The notes: generated from the sequence alone by a model not told the origin. A stretch of 63,315 nt of DNA, filler included, from Kipferlia bialata (GCA_003568945.1; 4 parts of 4 records of this genome joined end to end with filler, not necessarily neighbours in it); one strand, 5' to 3'; shown: positions 10,294 to 22,136, numbered from the whole stretch's first letter. Program-made: numbers and translations.

Positions 10294-11354
10294 ATTATAT
10301 ATATCCGTCAGACAAGCTAGGTCAAGGGCCTCGACGTACATCCTACGGGTTAGTAATATACATACACCTATACTATGTTCTTATCATACTATAGTGTATA
10401 AATATATACATATACCTTGATGTCATTGCCTCTCTGGCTATGAATGCCTCTGCGCAGGATATACACTAATATATATATATATATACACAACCATATATAT
10501 CATATACTTAGTCATCCTCTATATGTCCATTAATATACCTGGATGTCATGGCCTCTCTGGCCACGAATGCCTCAGCGCAGGATATGGTGTCGATGAAGGT
10601 GGCGGGGGAGGCAGGGAGAGACTCAAAGGTGAAGGTACCGCCCCTGAGAGTGAGATACAAAATATATATATAGAGAGAGATATATAGAGAGAGAGGTAGA
10701 GAGAGGAAGGGGAGGCAGGGAGGGACTCAAAGGTGAAGGTACCGCCCCTAGGGTTAGTATGCATAATAATGTATATAGTAGTATAGTAGTGATATGTATA
10801 CTTATACTCACATATATGGACATAACATATGTATATCCGTTACCTGTTGAGGAGGTGCTCCACCCTCAGGTGGCGTATCCAAATGTATATATATATATAT
10901 ATACTTATATAGATATGTATGCACGTATATGTCATGTTCATATATAAGTACATATGTCCATATGTATATGTATATATGAAGGATGTGCTCCACCACCTCT
11001 CATACATATACTCTACTATACTTATTAGTATATCTGTAAATAGCTATGTATCTACATATATATATATAGTACCTGTTCAGGATGTGCTCCACCACTCTCA
11101 GGTGGTGGCCCCTCTCCTCAACGGCCTGGGGGTGAGACATATATAGGGATATATGGCAGTATTTACAGACACATACACTGTATTATATGTAGAGTGTGTA
11201 TGTGTGGGTGGGGGGGGGGGTGAGCATATATATATATAGAGAGAGAGAGTGAGAGAGAGAGAGAGACACTGACCTGTGCCTCGAAGAAGTCTGACAGTCC
11301 GTTCCACCCCTCCTGTCTCCACTTGACTGCAAAGGCACGGTACAGGAGCTCATT
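8731..11354 (-). CDS. Ferritin, prokaryotic non-heme (FtnA-like) type; N-terminal exon missing upstream (poly-G/gap)
   Basis: Exons 11354-11274, 11125-11073, 10643-10539, 9847-9769, 9404-9329, 8795-8731 give NELLYRAFAVKWRQEGWNGLSDFFEAQAVEERGHHLRVVEHILNRGGTFTFESLPASPATFIDTISCAEAFVAREAMTSRMYVEALDLAGQAKDPFFGGLVKWFLKAQVLEEAEAGDFLRLAQSFAKMGAMGTCHMSQMVHKLMPNRETQPE*. LLY, EExxH, RGG, E, KD and WF..Q..EE motifs are at FtnA spacing. Confidence 0.88.
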
Positions 11355-11510
11355 CTAGGGGTAAGAGGATGGATATGTACATTATTATATAGACATATAC
11401 AAATAGAGAGAGAGAGAGAGAGTAAAGGCACGGTACAGGAGCTCATTCTGTATGTGAGGGAATGGAGTGAGGGGGGGGGGGGGGGGGGGGGGGGGAGATG
11501 GGAGGGAAAC

Positions 11511-12451
11511 NNNNNNNNNNNNNNNNNNNNNNNNNNNNNNNNNNNNNNNNNNNNNNNNNNNNNNNNNNNNNNNNNNNNNNNNNNNNNNNNNNNNNNNNNN
11601 NNNNNNNNNNNNNNNNNNNNNNNNNNNNNNNNNNNNNNNNNNNNNNNNNNNNNNNNNNNNNNNNNNNNNNNNNNNNNNNNNNNNNNNNNNNNNNNNNNNN
11701 NNNNNNNNNNNNNNNNNNNNNNNNNNNNNNNNNNNNNNNNNNNNNNNNNNNNNNNNNNNNNNNNNNNNNNNNNNNNNNNNNNNNNNNNNNNNNNNNNNNN
11801 NNNNNNNNNNNNNNNNNNNNNNNNNNNNNNNNNNNNNNNNNNNNNNNNNNNNNNNNNNNNNNNNNNNNNNNNNNNNNNNNNNNNNNNNNNNNNNNNNNNN
11901 NNNNNNNNNNNNNNNNNNNNNNNNNNNNNNNNNNNNNNNNNNNNNNNNNNNNNNNNNNNNNNNNNNNNNNNNNNNNNNNNNNNNNNNNNNNNNNNNNNNN
12001 NNNNNNNNNNNNNNNNNNNNNNNNNNNNNNNNNNNNNNNNNNNNNNNNNNNNNNNNNNNNNNNNNNNNNNNNNNNNNNNNNNNNNNNNNNNNNNNNNNNN
12101 NNNNNNNNNNNNNNNNNNNNNNNNNNNNNNNNNNNNNNNNNNNNNNNNNNNNNNNNNNNNNNNNNNNNNNNNNNNNNNNNNNNNNNNNNNNNNNNNNNNN
12201 NNNNNNNNNNNNNNNNNNNNNNNNNNNNNNNNNNNNNNNNNNNNNNNNNNNNNNNNNNNNNNNNNNNNNNNNNNNNNNNNNNNNNNNNNNNNNNNNNNNN
12301 NNNNNNNNNNNNNNNNNNNNNNNNNNNNNNNNNNNNNNNNNNNNNNNNNNNNNNNNNNNNNNNNNNNNNNNNNNNNNNNNNNNNNNNNNNNNNNNNNNNN
12401 NNNNNNNNNNNNNNNNNNNNNNNNNNNNNNNNNNNNNNNNNNNNNNNNNNN
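11511..12451. other. Assembly gap (N run)
   Basis: About 941 N flanked by poly-G and poly-C tracts. Confidence 0.99.
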
Positions 12452-12565
12452 NGTACTTACCTTACATGTGTTCAAGGATATCCCCCCCCCCCCCCCTCCC
12501 CCATGATTCCTCTATTTGAGACTATCCCCTCTGCTATACGTCACCCCTCTCCTTCTGATGCCCAG

Positions 12566-13362
12566 ATCCCAGAGGAGCTTGCCGCTGACCTTGTCGTTCT
12601 GAGGAGAGATGCAGCTGAGATCCTGAGGAGCAAGGACGAGGTGATCGACACCTTTGAGCAGGAGCTGAGGGCAAGGTGGGTGACAGTGATACACTGATCA
12701 CTGTGTATGGAGTGTGTGCGTTGTGTCTCTGTCTCATGCCTCACCCTTTAGGGATGACGAGTACCTGCACACCCTGCAGGAGGGAGGGCAGGAGGTGAAG
12801 GACGTGCTGTCCATGATCAGAGAGACAGTGTCAGGTAGATATGCAACATCACCCAGCAACTCCCCTCCCCTCTCATCCCCTCACTCCTTGTTTGGAGTGT
12901 GTGTAGCAGATACGTTCCCATTAGTATTCTATCACCCCTCACCCCCCAGGTCTGAGGAAGGAGTACCAGTCTGCCCTGCTCAGGATCGATGATGCCTTTG
13001 GCGAGGAGAGGCAGGTATGCACACACTCTCTCTCACACACACTCTCTATAGTCTCCTTTCTCTCTCTGTCTCTGCTTTCTCTCTTTATACACTCACCCCC
13101 CAGGCCCTTGTCAGTGCCCAGAGACAGGAGATCAGGTCTCTGCAGGACGAGAGAAACAAGCAGGAGGTGGGGAGATATGCTGACATACATAGATACCCCC
13201 CCTCCCCATAATCCACCCTTCTGAATGACCGCATCCATTCCTACCTTCTCTCTAACTCTCCAGTCCACCCTGCTGAATGAGCGCATCCGTATCGTGGGTG
13301 GGTTCCAGGACACCCTTCAGGAGCAGCAAGTCAGGGACGCAGAGCAGTACAACCTCGCTAAG
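12566..13362 (+). CDS. DRC1: Dynein regulatory complex subunit 1 (DRC1/CCDC164)-like, internal fragment (5 exons)
   Basis: IPEELAADL...SKDEVIDTFEQELRARDDEYL...EYQSALLRIDDAFGEERQAL...QVRDAEQYNLAK matches the DRC1 coiled-coil pattern (K..LI...Q.ELK.KD..Y, AF..ER, D.EEYN..K). Confidence 0.7.
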
Positions 13363-13423
13363 GTATGGATGTAAACACAGACTCACAGAATCTCTCTCTA
13401 CTCCGCTGTACTTTTACTCAAAG

Positions 13424-13464
<41 letters not shown>

Positions 13465-13535
13465 CCCCACTTTTCCTTTCTCTTCCCATAGCAATGTGTT
13501 TCATATTAACATTCATCTATGTCCCCTGACCCCAG

Positions 13536-16500
13536 GTGTTGTCTGACTGATGCTGGGTCCATGTCTGAGGTCCAGTCTCTTTGTGATGCTGTCTCAGGTG
13601 TCTCTGGCCTCACCTCTATCGACCTCAGTGGCAACCACCTCACCCATTCTGGGGCTGTGACACTTGTCTCCTCCCTGGCCGTGTCCCCCTGTATCAGTGG
13701 CCTCACCCACCTGGACCTGTCCGGCATACCCTTTGGTACCTGTGACACCCACTCAGAGGGGTATGATGCCTCGGCCCTTGAGGCACTGTGTCAGTGTCTG
13801 CTCAGGGCAGAGAGCCTCACCTCTCTCTCCCTCAACCACTGCGGACTGGACACAGAGGCAGTGGCCACGATATGCGGGGTATCTCTGTCCGCATCATTGA
13901 CCGCTCTCTCCCTTAGAGGCAACGCCACCACAGCCATCCCCCCCCTCCCCTCCCACCTCTGCAGTCTCGACCTCTCAGACAACCCACCTATGGCAGACAT
14001 CGCATCGTTTGTGTCGGCACTCCCACCTTCCCTCGTGTCTCTCTCTGTGTGTCTCTCGCTGTCCAGCCGGGTGTCTCCGTCTGATGTGGATGCTCTCAGG
14101 CAGATATCCCACCTCCGCTCCCTCGAGTCCCTCTCCCTCAAGGGCTCCATGGTCTCTGACCCCCACACCCTGGGCACAGTACTGTCCTCCCTGCGCAAGC
14201 TGGCTGGGTCACTGCGCCACCTGGACCTGTCTGGTGTCTCCCTCACCGGTGCTGTGTACCCCTTCTGTTCCATGTGTAGACGCCTGCGCCTCGAGTCTCT
14301 ATCTCTGTCTGGCAGTCTACCTTTGACCAAGGCAGACCAGTCCCTTGTGTTGCAGGGAATCCCCCCCACCCTGCAGGACCTAGACCTCTCCCACAACACC
14401 CTCACGGACTCTAGTCTCCCTGCCATCCGAGACGCCCTGGCCCGTCTTGACAGCCTGACCTCTCTCTCCCTGGCTGGCAACTCTCTCTCCTCTGAGTGTG
14501 TGTATGCTCTGCCCCCTGCCCAGCTGACCTCTCTCGACCTATCCCATACCCTCATCACTGCACCCCCCTTCCAGTGTAGGAGTCTGTTCAATGTGATGGA
14601 TCTGTCCCTCACTGGTTGCCCTCTGTCCTCTACAGGCAGACAGGGTATGCTGAACAGGCTATACACCCTGTGTGCCACCTCTGAGGTGTCAGCACATACC
14701 CCTCTATGCCTCTCCCTATCCAGTGATAGACTGCAGCACAGGCACCGCACACCCATACCCTTGGGCCTCAGTGACGCGTGCATATCATCTCTGCCGGTGG
14801 GGTCTCTTCACCTCCAGGGAGAGGCACTCCTGGCTAGTGATGTCGCATGTATTGTTGGGTGTATCAGGGCACAGCGGACACTCACGTCCCTCTCCCTCCA
14901 GGGCTGCTCTGTGAGTGACATCAACCCCATCCTGACTGCCCTGGCAGCTGGCTCTGCACTGCACACCCTGGACCTCTCAGACATGACATCTGACACACCC
15001 ATAGACTGTGAAGTGCTGGGGCAGGCACTCACGGCATGCCCCGACCTACGTACTGTCTCCCTGGCTCGTGTTGCCCTCCCCCGTGCCACCCTTGTGCTGC
15101 GTGCCCTCTCGCACCTGACGTGTCTGACCAGGCTGTGTCTCGATGGGGTGTGTCTGAGTGGGCAGGGGGTAGGTCTGGTGGCAGAGGGCCTGGGCACATG
15201 GAGGTGCCTGCAGACACTCTCTCTCTCCTGTATAGGGGGTGGACTTGACCCTGTCCTCTCTGCCCTGGGTACCTGCCCCACCCTCCATCACCTCGATCTG
15301 TCCCACAACGTCAGACACCAGCCAGGGGCCTATGATGTACTAGGGTGTGTGCAGAGTCTGCCCAGTCTAGAGACCCTCTGCCTCACAGGCACCCCAGTCG
15401 AAGCCACACCCTCTCTGGGGAGATGGAGAGGCCTCACATCCCTGCACCTAGGTGGGTATTTATTACATGTATACTCTCACACATATCTAACTGACTCACC
15501 CCCAGGTGTTGTACATGATGTCACTCCCCCAGAGACTGACCCCCTCCCTGACACTCCCCCCCTGATAGAGCAGGGACCCTCCGCCACAGACACATTCCGG
15601 TCTCTCTCTGCCTGCCCTGCCCTCCGGTCTCTCTCTGTAGCAGGGGGGGCACTGACCTCTCGCATTGGATACCACATCGGTCTGTGCGTGACCCAGTCCC
15701 CTGTGACCTCTCTCTCTCTCATGCTGGGGGGGAGTGGGGAGGGCAGCCCCAGGGTGCAGGATACTCTGGGAGGTGTGGTCAGTGGCATACTGACCGGGTT
15801 GGACAGAGGGGGTAGGCTTCTCCTGACACATCTGAAGCTGGGTGCTTCCTCCAGGTCTGACCCCTCCCCCACACCCCTCCCCAGCCTCGGACGCCTGCTG
15901 TCTCTGTGTGCAGGTGCCTCTCCCTCCCCCTCCCCTCCATCTCCGTCCTCTGTCCCATCGGGTGTGTCTGCCGGCTCATCCTACCTCACGTCTCTCGAGC
16001 TGACCCGCCTCCAGATGCCCTCCCCGTCTCCCGAGGCACCATGCGTCCTGCCCCCTCTGCTGCAGAGGCTGGTCATGGGTGGGGGGTGTTCCTCCGACCA
16101 TGCTGCCGTGTCTGTGGTCCAGGCCCTGCCCCCCTCCCTCCACACCCTCGACCTCCGCAGGTGCTGCCTGTCCAGTGAGGCTGCCAGTGCCCTGCGGTCT
16201 GCTCTGACTGGCCCCTCTCCCTCTCTGCCTGTCCTGAGGGACCTCACCCTCAGCAACAACCCAGACCTCATGGCGTCAGGAGTGTTGTTCGGCCAAGGTA
16301 CCCCCCTCCCCCCCACCCTGCAGCGCCTGTGTCTGTCAGACGTGGGTATGGACAGCAAGGCCACCCTGAGGCTGTGCCAGTCCATCAGACTCTGCTGTGC
16401 CCTGAGGCATGTGGTGGTGTCAGGCAATGCCCTCTTTGACAAGGGGTGTGCCATGTCTCTGGTGCAGGGTCTATCCCCCACACACACTCTGGAGTGGATA

Positions 16501-16593
16501 CACATGGGTGCAGGGGGGGTGGCACAGAGTGATGTAGAGGGGGTCAGGGCAGAGGTGGAGGGCATGATGCCTCAGTGCAGACTCACACTCTAG
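13536..16593 (+). CDS. Leucine-rich repeat (RI-like) protein, ~1000 aa, probably 5'-incomplete
   Basis: Many LxxLDLSxN repeats; begins at acceptor ctgaccccag|; likely 54-nt in-frame intron at 15452-15505 (gtgggt...ctcacccccag). Confidence 0.85.
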
Positions 16594-16815
16594 TATTGTG
16601 CTGCTGCTACTACTACTACGGTCATTGCAAGCGGTACTCTTCTCAATAGACAACGATGAGTAGTATTGGATGCGGTTGATAGTGTAGTGGTTAGCGTGTA
16701 GATATGCAAGCACAAGTATAACTGACTATAACACGACGAAATCTATTGGGAACAAAACACAAATACAACACACTCACTGGTACTACACACCACTCTGGCC
16801 ATCAATCACATAACA

Positions 16816-19346
16816 TCACTGACATGGGTGCAGGTTGGACTCGACCTTGACGGCAACCTCCTGTTGAACAGGCTGTTCCCGGGTCTCTGTCTGTCTCTCT
16901 CTCTCTGCCTCTCTCTCTCTCTCTCTCTCTGTCTCCTTCTGTGTCCCTGCCTCTGTCTCAGGTATGTCGTCCCAGCCCATGGTGCCTGGGACAGGGCCAG
17001 CGCCAGTGACCACATGGCATGAGTCCCTCACCCCTTGCACCAGCCAGGCCTGCAGCTCCGACCCCTCTAGCACAGGCAGGCCAAGGTCATTCTGGGACAG
17101 GGCGTCCTCAGCGTACTCGGTCATGACCAGCTGCTCCAGCACCATACCGCACAGCCTCTCCTCCCTGGCCTGCATGTCACCCGTGACAAGGTGCACAGTA
17201 CGGAGACTCCCAGGGGCAAGACCGTCCCGTTGGGCCTCGGTCTCCTCTGGTGGGGGCAAGTCCATAGTGTATGTGTCAGGGATGAGTGGCACCAGACCGG
17301 ACAGCCAACCGGCCTCCTGCCTCAGTGCTCCCAGTGACCGTCTGGCCCACACGTCCCCATCTGCCAGCACCCGCATGGCACCTGTCTGCAGAGAGGCCAG
17401 GTAGCCGGGGTCACCACGTAGAGTATCTATGACCCCAGCCACCGTGGTAGGGAGGGTGGTGTTGATGGTGGTGGTAGGGATGCCCTTGCCGAGTCCCACC
17501 ACATACTCAGTCTCAGCTGTGACTGCTGCCTCTATCACCCTCCTGAGGGCCTTGAGCTCACAGGTCCTAGGGGGTGAGGCAGAGGGGGGGTGACAGTAAT
17601 CAGTGAGGATAGAACACCAACGCCAAGTGCCACCACAAAGACCAGTGTGATACATCGTGTAGGAATACTGTCACCAATATATCGATGTGTGTGTACCTGC
17701 GCAGTATGTGGGGCATGGCACCCGATGCCCAGAGCCTGGAGTACTGACTACACCAGTGCAGGTGGGTCTGGGGGTGAGGCAGGGGGTGACGGTACTAATG
17801 ACTAAGATAGGGTGATAATGGAATCAATGATGGAGTGACGGGGTACTCTACTCCACCCACAATGGCACCACACCCCCACCTGTTTCCAGTGGTACTTGTC
17901 GTTGGTGGCATTGGGGTCCACCCTTGACATGATGCCTAGGGGGACTAGGATCTGGGCAATCTCATTGAACCGACGCCTCAGGTGGAATTTCTGGAGTCAG
18001 GATGAATTGAGTAGGCATATTGACGTCATGTACCGTTGGATGTCCTAGTGTACTACTTGTCACTTGGGGAGAATTTGATGAATCTAATCTGGGCATACTG
18101 GTAGGAGAATATGCCAAACAACTAGAATTAGTGGCTACCACCGACATACCTCGTCCAGCATCAGCAGTGTCTGGGGCTTCTTGCACAGTTCTTTGGCCAG
18201 GACAGGGATCAGCCTCACATTCTGGGGGGGTGCACGTGGCTTCTTGGGCGTCCTGGGCTTCTGCACCCTCTTGGTCTTGGCGCCCTTGAGAACGACCTTG
18301 GTCTTGGCCACCTTGACGACACCGGACTTGACCTTGGTCTTGGTCCTGGCCTTGACTGCCTTAGCAGTCTTGGTCTTAGTCTTGGTGGGGGCAGCCTTGG
18401 CCTTGGCCTTGACTGCCTTGGCCTTGGCCTTGACGGGCAGAACAGGGGTGGCATCGGCAGGGGGGCTGGGGGCTCTGTCAGCCTGGTCAGCTGTTGGAAT
18501 GGGTGACTCAGTGGGCAGGGTAGGGGCTGATGGCTTGGGGTCGTCACAGGAGACGGGTCCCCAGTGGAAGCAGGATGGACCGACACTAGCAGCAGGGGTC
18601 TGGGTGGGTGGGGCATGGCTGGCAGTGGTGCACTGACGGGTGGGCCTGTCTCTCTCTCTCCTGGGACGGCGTCTCTTGGGTGGCATCTGGGGAGGGGCAT
18701 CTACACCACGAGGGGAGAGACGTCTGGACGTCTTGCCACGAGGGAGAGGAGGCTCAGTCTCTGCCGGAATGGGGCCCTGGGCAGGGGGTCCAAAGAGGGA
18801 TGGCCCCACTGGGGAGGCACACCTGTGCCCCCTAGCACCCATGGCCTCCACCTTGACCTGCACCATAGACTGGATGTCAGACATGTCATGGGGGTCAAAC
18901 CCATCGAGCGGGGTGCCCAATCCACCTGCACTCCCAGGGTACAGGGTGGCACTGGGGCAGGGGATGGGGGAGGGGCTCCTGTCACGGCTGAGGGATCCAC
19001 TGCCAGTCATGAGAGAGGGCACGTAGGTGTCATGGTCGCCCCAGGGGGTTGGGTTGTGGGGTCTCCCGTCGGATTGAATGGGGTCCAGATACACACTCAG
19101 CCTGTCGAGGAATGGGGGAGGTGCACCATCCATGGGTGCAAGAGTGGGCAGTTGGGGTGGGTAGAAGAGGGACGGTATTGGGGAGGGGGTGGGCGACACC
19201 TCACCCTGGGGGTGCAGTGAGTGCAGCGAGTACTTGGGGTTGAGGAAGGACGGGGACATGGCACATCCCAGGCCCTCCACCAACTCAGGTGCATCAGCGG
19301 AAGAGGAGCGACCTGACCGATCACCGAACCTGTTGCGGGGTTGCAT
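16816..19346 (-). CDS. Divergent E2F/DP-like winged-helix transcription factor (4 exons)
   Basis: Exon 17990-17880 encodes KFHLRRRFNEIAQILVPLGIMSRVDPNATNDKYHWKQ, resembling E2F/DP RR.YD..NVL...G.I.K...W. It is preceded by a Pro-rich and K/A-rich region and splices in frame to the 16816-17566 ORF. Confidence 0.55.
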
Positions 19347-19508
19347 CAACAGTCGGCCGTAGACAAAGAGAAGGCGGTCAACAGTATCATGTCAGACTAC
19401 TCAATCCAATCTACGCGCTGACCACGATGACAAAAATAGAAAAGGGTCCGGCTTTTGGGCATGTGACAGTTACCTCTCTCTAAGATAGGCAGAGGAGGCC
19501 TATAACAC

Positions 19509-22029
19509 ATGGATGACGAGCAATTCATACGCCTAGAAGCATGGATACAGCGCTATGGAGAATTAGTGAGGTCAGTATCTCGTGCGAATATGTACATTGT
19601 CTTTCAAACCACAAGACATATGTGTAGACTGAGATATGCACTGATACTCGCTGAGAATTGTACTCGTCCCTCACTTCAGGACTCTGCCATGGATACCTAA
19701 GCTGCTGGGCTTCTCCCCTCTGGAGTCTCTTGCTGATGTTATGCCCCCTGCTCTCTTGGCTGAGGTATGAGTATACATCACACTGCCTATCTCTCTGTAT
19801 GACCCCCCACCCTTAGGTCTCGGAGAGTGGTGCTGACATTGGTGTCTTCGAGGGTATCGCTCGTGCCCTTCTGACGCACCCTGGGTTCCCTGCGAGCCAC
19901 CCCTCCCTACCTGTGTCTGGTATGCCATGGCTGGAGGGGTACTCACAGCAGCTGGGGGCACTGTGCGGGGACGCGCCCCTCGAGAGGTTCTACGAGTCTG
20001 ATGCTACCCCAAGTGGTGATGCCCCCACCACACCCCCTCAGCCACCGGCCAAGAGGGGGGCAGGAGAGACAGCAGTGGATAGTGGGACAGATACCAGCCG
20101 TCCAGGTGCTGCAGTGTCTCCAGCTGACACCCTGTTGGAGGAGAGGGGTGCCCCTCCTAGTGGACAGGGAGGCAGGGCAAGGGGGCCCAGTGGTACAGCC
20201 AAGACGAAGCCTAGTGTGCTGGGGGTCGGTGCTAGGAAGTATGAACAGGTACAGACACTGCATTGCCCATCTGGTATTGTATTCAACCTCTCTCTCAGTA
20301 CGCTGGGCGTAAGACGTACATCTCTCTCTCTTGCTTGTGTATACCCCCCCCCCACCTCTCTCCCATACTTCTCATCTCTACCCATCAGGTGTCTTCTATC
20401 GTGTCTCTTGTAGACACCGCCCTGCCCTCTCTCACGGCCATGCTGGACATAGGCAGGAAAGGATGGGCTGTAGTGCATACATAGTGTATATTGACTGTAT
20501 CAATGAGTGAACTCTATCCGAGTGTCTCTCTGACCCCCCAGTGGTGTTGGGCACCTTGCAAGAGGTCTCTCCAGACCAGATAGGGTACTAGTAGCTGTGG
20601 ACAGAGACCCAGCCCTTGTAGACAAGGGTAGGAGGATATCAGCAGGGGAGGACACGGGGAAGGCATCCAGGAAGGTGGGGAAGAAGAGAGCAGCAGGGAA
20701 GGGTGGTACCAGGCCTGTTGAGAGCACCCGAGCCCTGCCCGCCCTGCCTGTCTACCCCCACTGTAGACATGCTGTGTTCACTCTATCCCCAGCCAATCTG
20801 GACCTATCTCCTGTCCTATCCCAGCACATACAGGGGGGGGAGAAAGAGAGGGTGGGGCTGGTGGGACTGCACACTTGCGGGGACTTTGGGCCATGTGTGC
20901 TGAAGGTACATGATGTACACTATATTCTATATGTTGGGTGACGCACAGTACCAATTGATTGTATTCCTCCCCCATGCCCATCCCAGGCCTTCCTAGCCAC
21001 CCAGGGCCTGTCCCACCTTGTGCACATACCCTGCTGCTACCACGCCCTGACCTCTGCCGGTGTGCCCCTGTCCACCCCTCTCTCTGCCATGGGCACAGTG
21101 CCTAGGGGGGAGGCAGAGCTCAGGGCATTCACGAACCTGGGTGTGTGCATGTATGGATATATATTGCTATATATACCCATATTGTATTGGAGTGGGTCAT
21201 TCCTAGTTAGTCCCACCATGAGTCTAGTGTATCATCCCACCCCAGGCTGCCAGCGGTATGACAACTTCCTCGAGACTGAGGGTGCATGGACCAGACTGGT
21301 GCTCAGCAGGTGGGGGTGTGCATCTCATCAGATGACTGATATACATATATGTATGTATATTCATATACACTTCCACCACCCCCACCCTAGGCTCAGACAA
21401 CATGCCCTGCAGCCACTGTTAGACACCATGCAGGGACACCTGGACAGGATGGGCTTGGAGAGGTAGGGGCATGCGTGGATGTGGGTGCTGGGTCAGTTGC
21501 TATGGCGTAAAAAGGCACACATGTATATTTGTGATACTATACTTGGGTGTCATTCCCTCACCACAGACGACTGGCGAGTGGATGCAAGTGCCGCCTGCCC
21601 CCCGGTCGTGCCTCGTTCCACGGGTATCTGGTGCATGTGTATGACAGGGTGTGTCGAAGGGTGAGTGAGGCTGGGGGCGACACCCCCCTGCCCCCCCTAT
21701 CCACCCTAGTGACAGAGACCCTGCGGAGACTGGGTGTCACTCAACCCACCATTGACACCAATGGCACAGACACACCCAGCACAGACGACGCCCTCTCCTG
21801 TGTCCTATATGACCATGTGTACACCTCCCTCATCCATGGGTTACCCATGCCGTCCTTCCTAGCACTGCGGCAGACCCTCATCCTCATGGCGGCCAGGGCC
21901 ACCGAGCTGTGTCTGGCCATGGATAGAGTACTCTACCTCAGACAGGCAGGGTGCACGGTGAGGGTGGGCGAGTTTGTACCAGTGGAGCAAACAAGCAGAA
22001 ACATAGCGTTGGTTGTCACCAAGGGGTGA
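19509..22029 (+). CDS. METTL25/RRNAD1-like SAM-dependent methyltransferase
   Basis: Motifs ARKYEQV, LDIGSGVGHLAR, LVGLHTCGDFG, IPCCYH and SRNIALVVTK. Nine exons; one intron needs a GA donor. Confidence 0.8.
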
Positions 22030-22136
22030 CGGTTAGTTCAATAGATATACTCGTGGCATGCATAGTGTTATCATCTTCCATTACAAGATACTCCACCAAC
22101 TACAATAATAATTTATCTATTCAAGTGCGTCCCTCC

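Noticed and set aside
9825..10353. Regularly spaced ~30-nt repeats resembling a CRISPR array
   Set aside because: The repeats are copies of a ferritin exon start, the spacers are (TA)-rich intron sequence, the context is eukaryotic and there are no cas genes.
11183..12697. Long ORFs in the ORF track spanning N runs (also 47869-49061)
   Set aside because: Artefacts of translating Ns.
13791..16565. Long antisense ORFs over the LRR, coiled-coil and membrane genes (for example 13791-14783, 25531-26499, 4630-5361)
   Set aside because: Expected shadows of GC-rich coding sequence; the products are low-complexity with no motifs.
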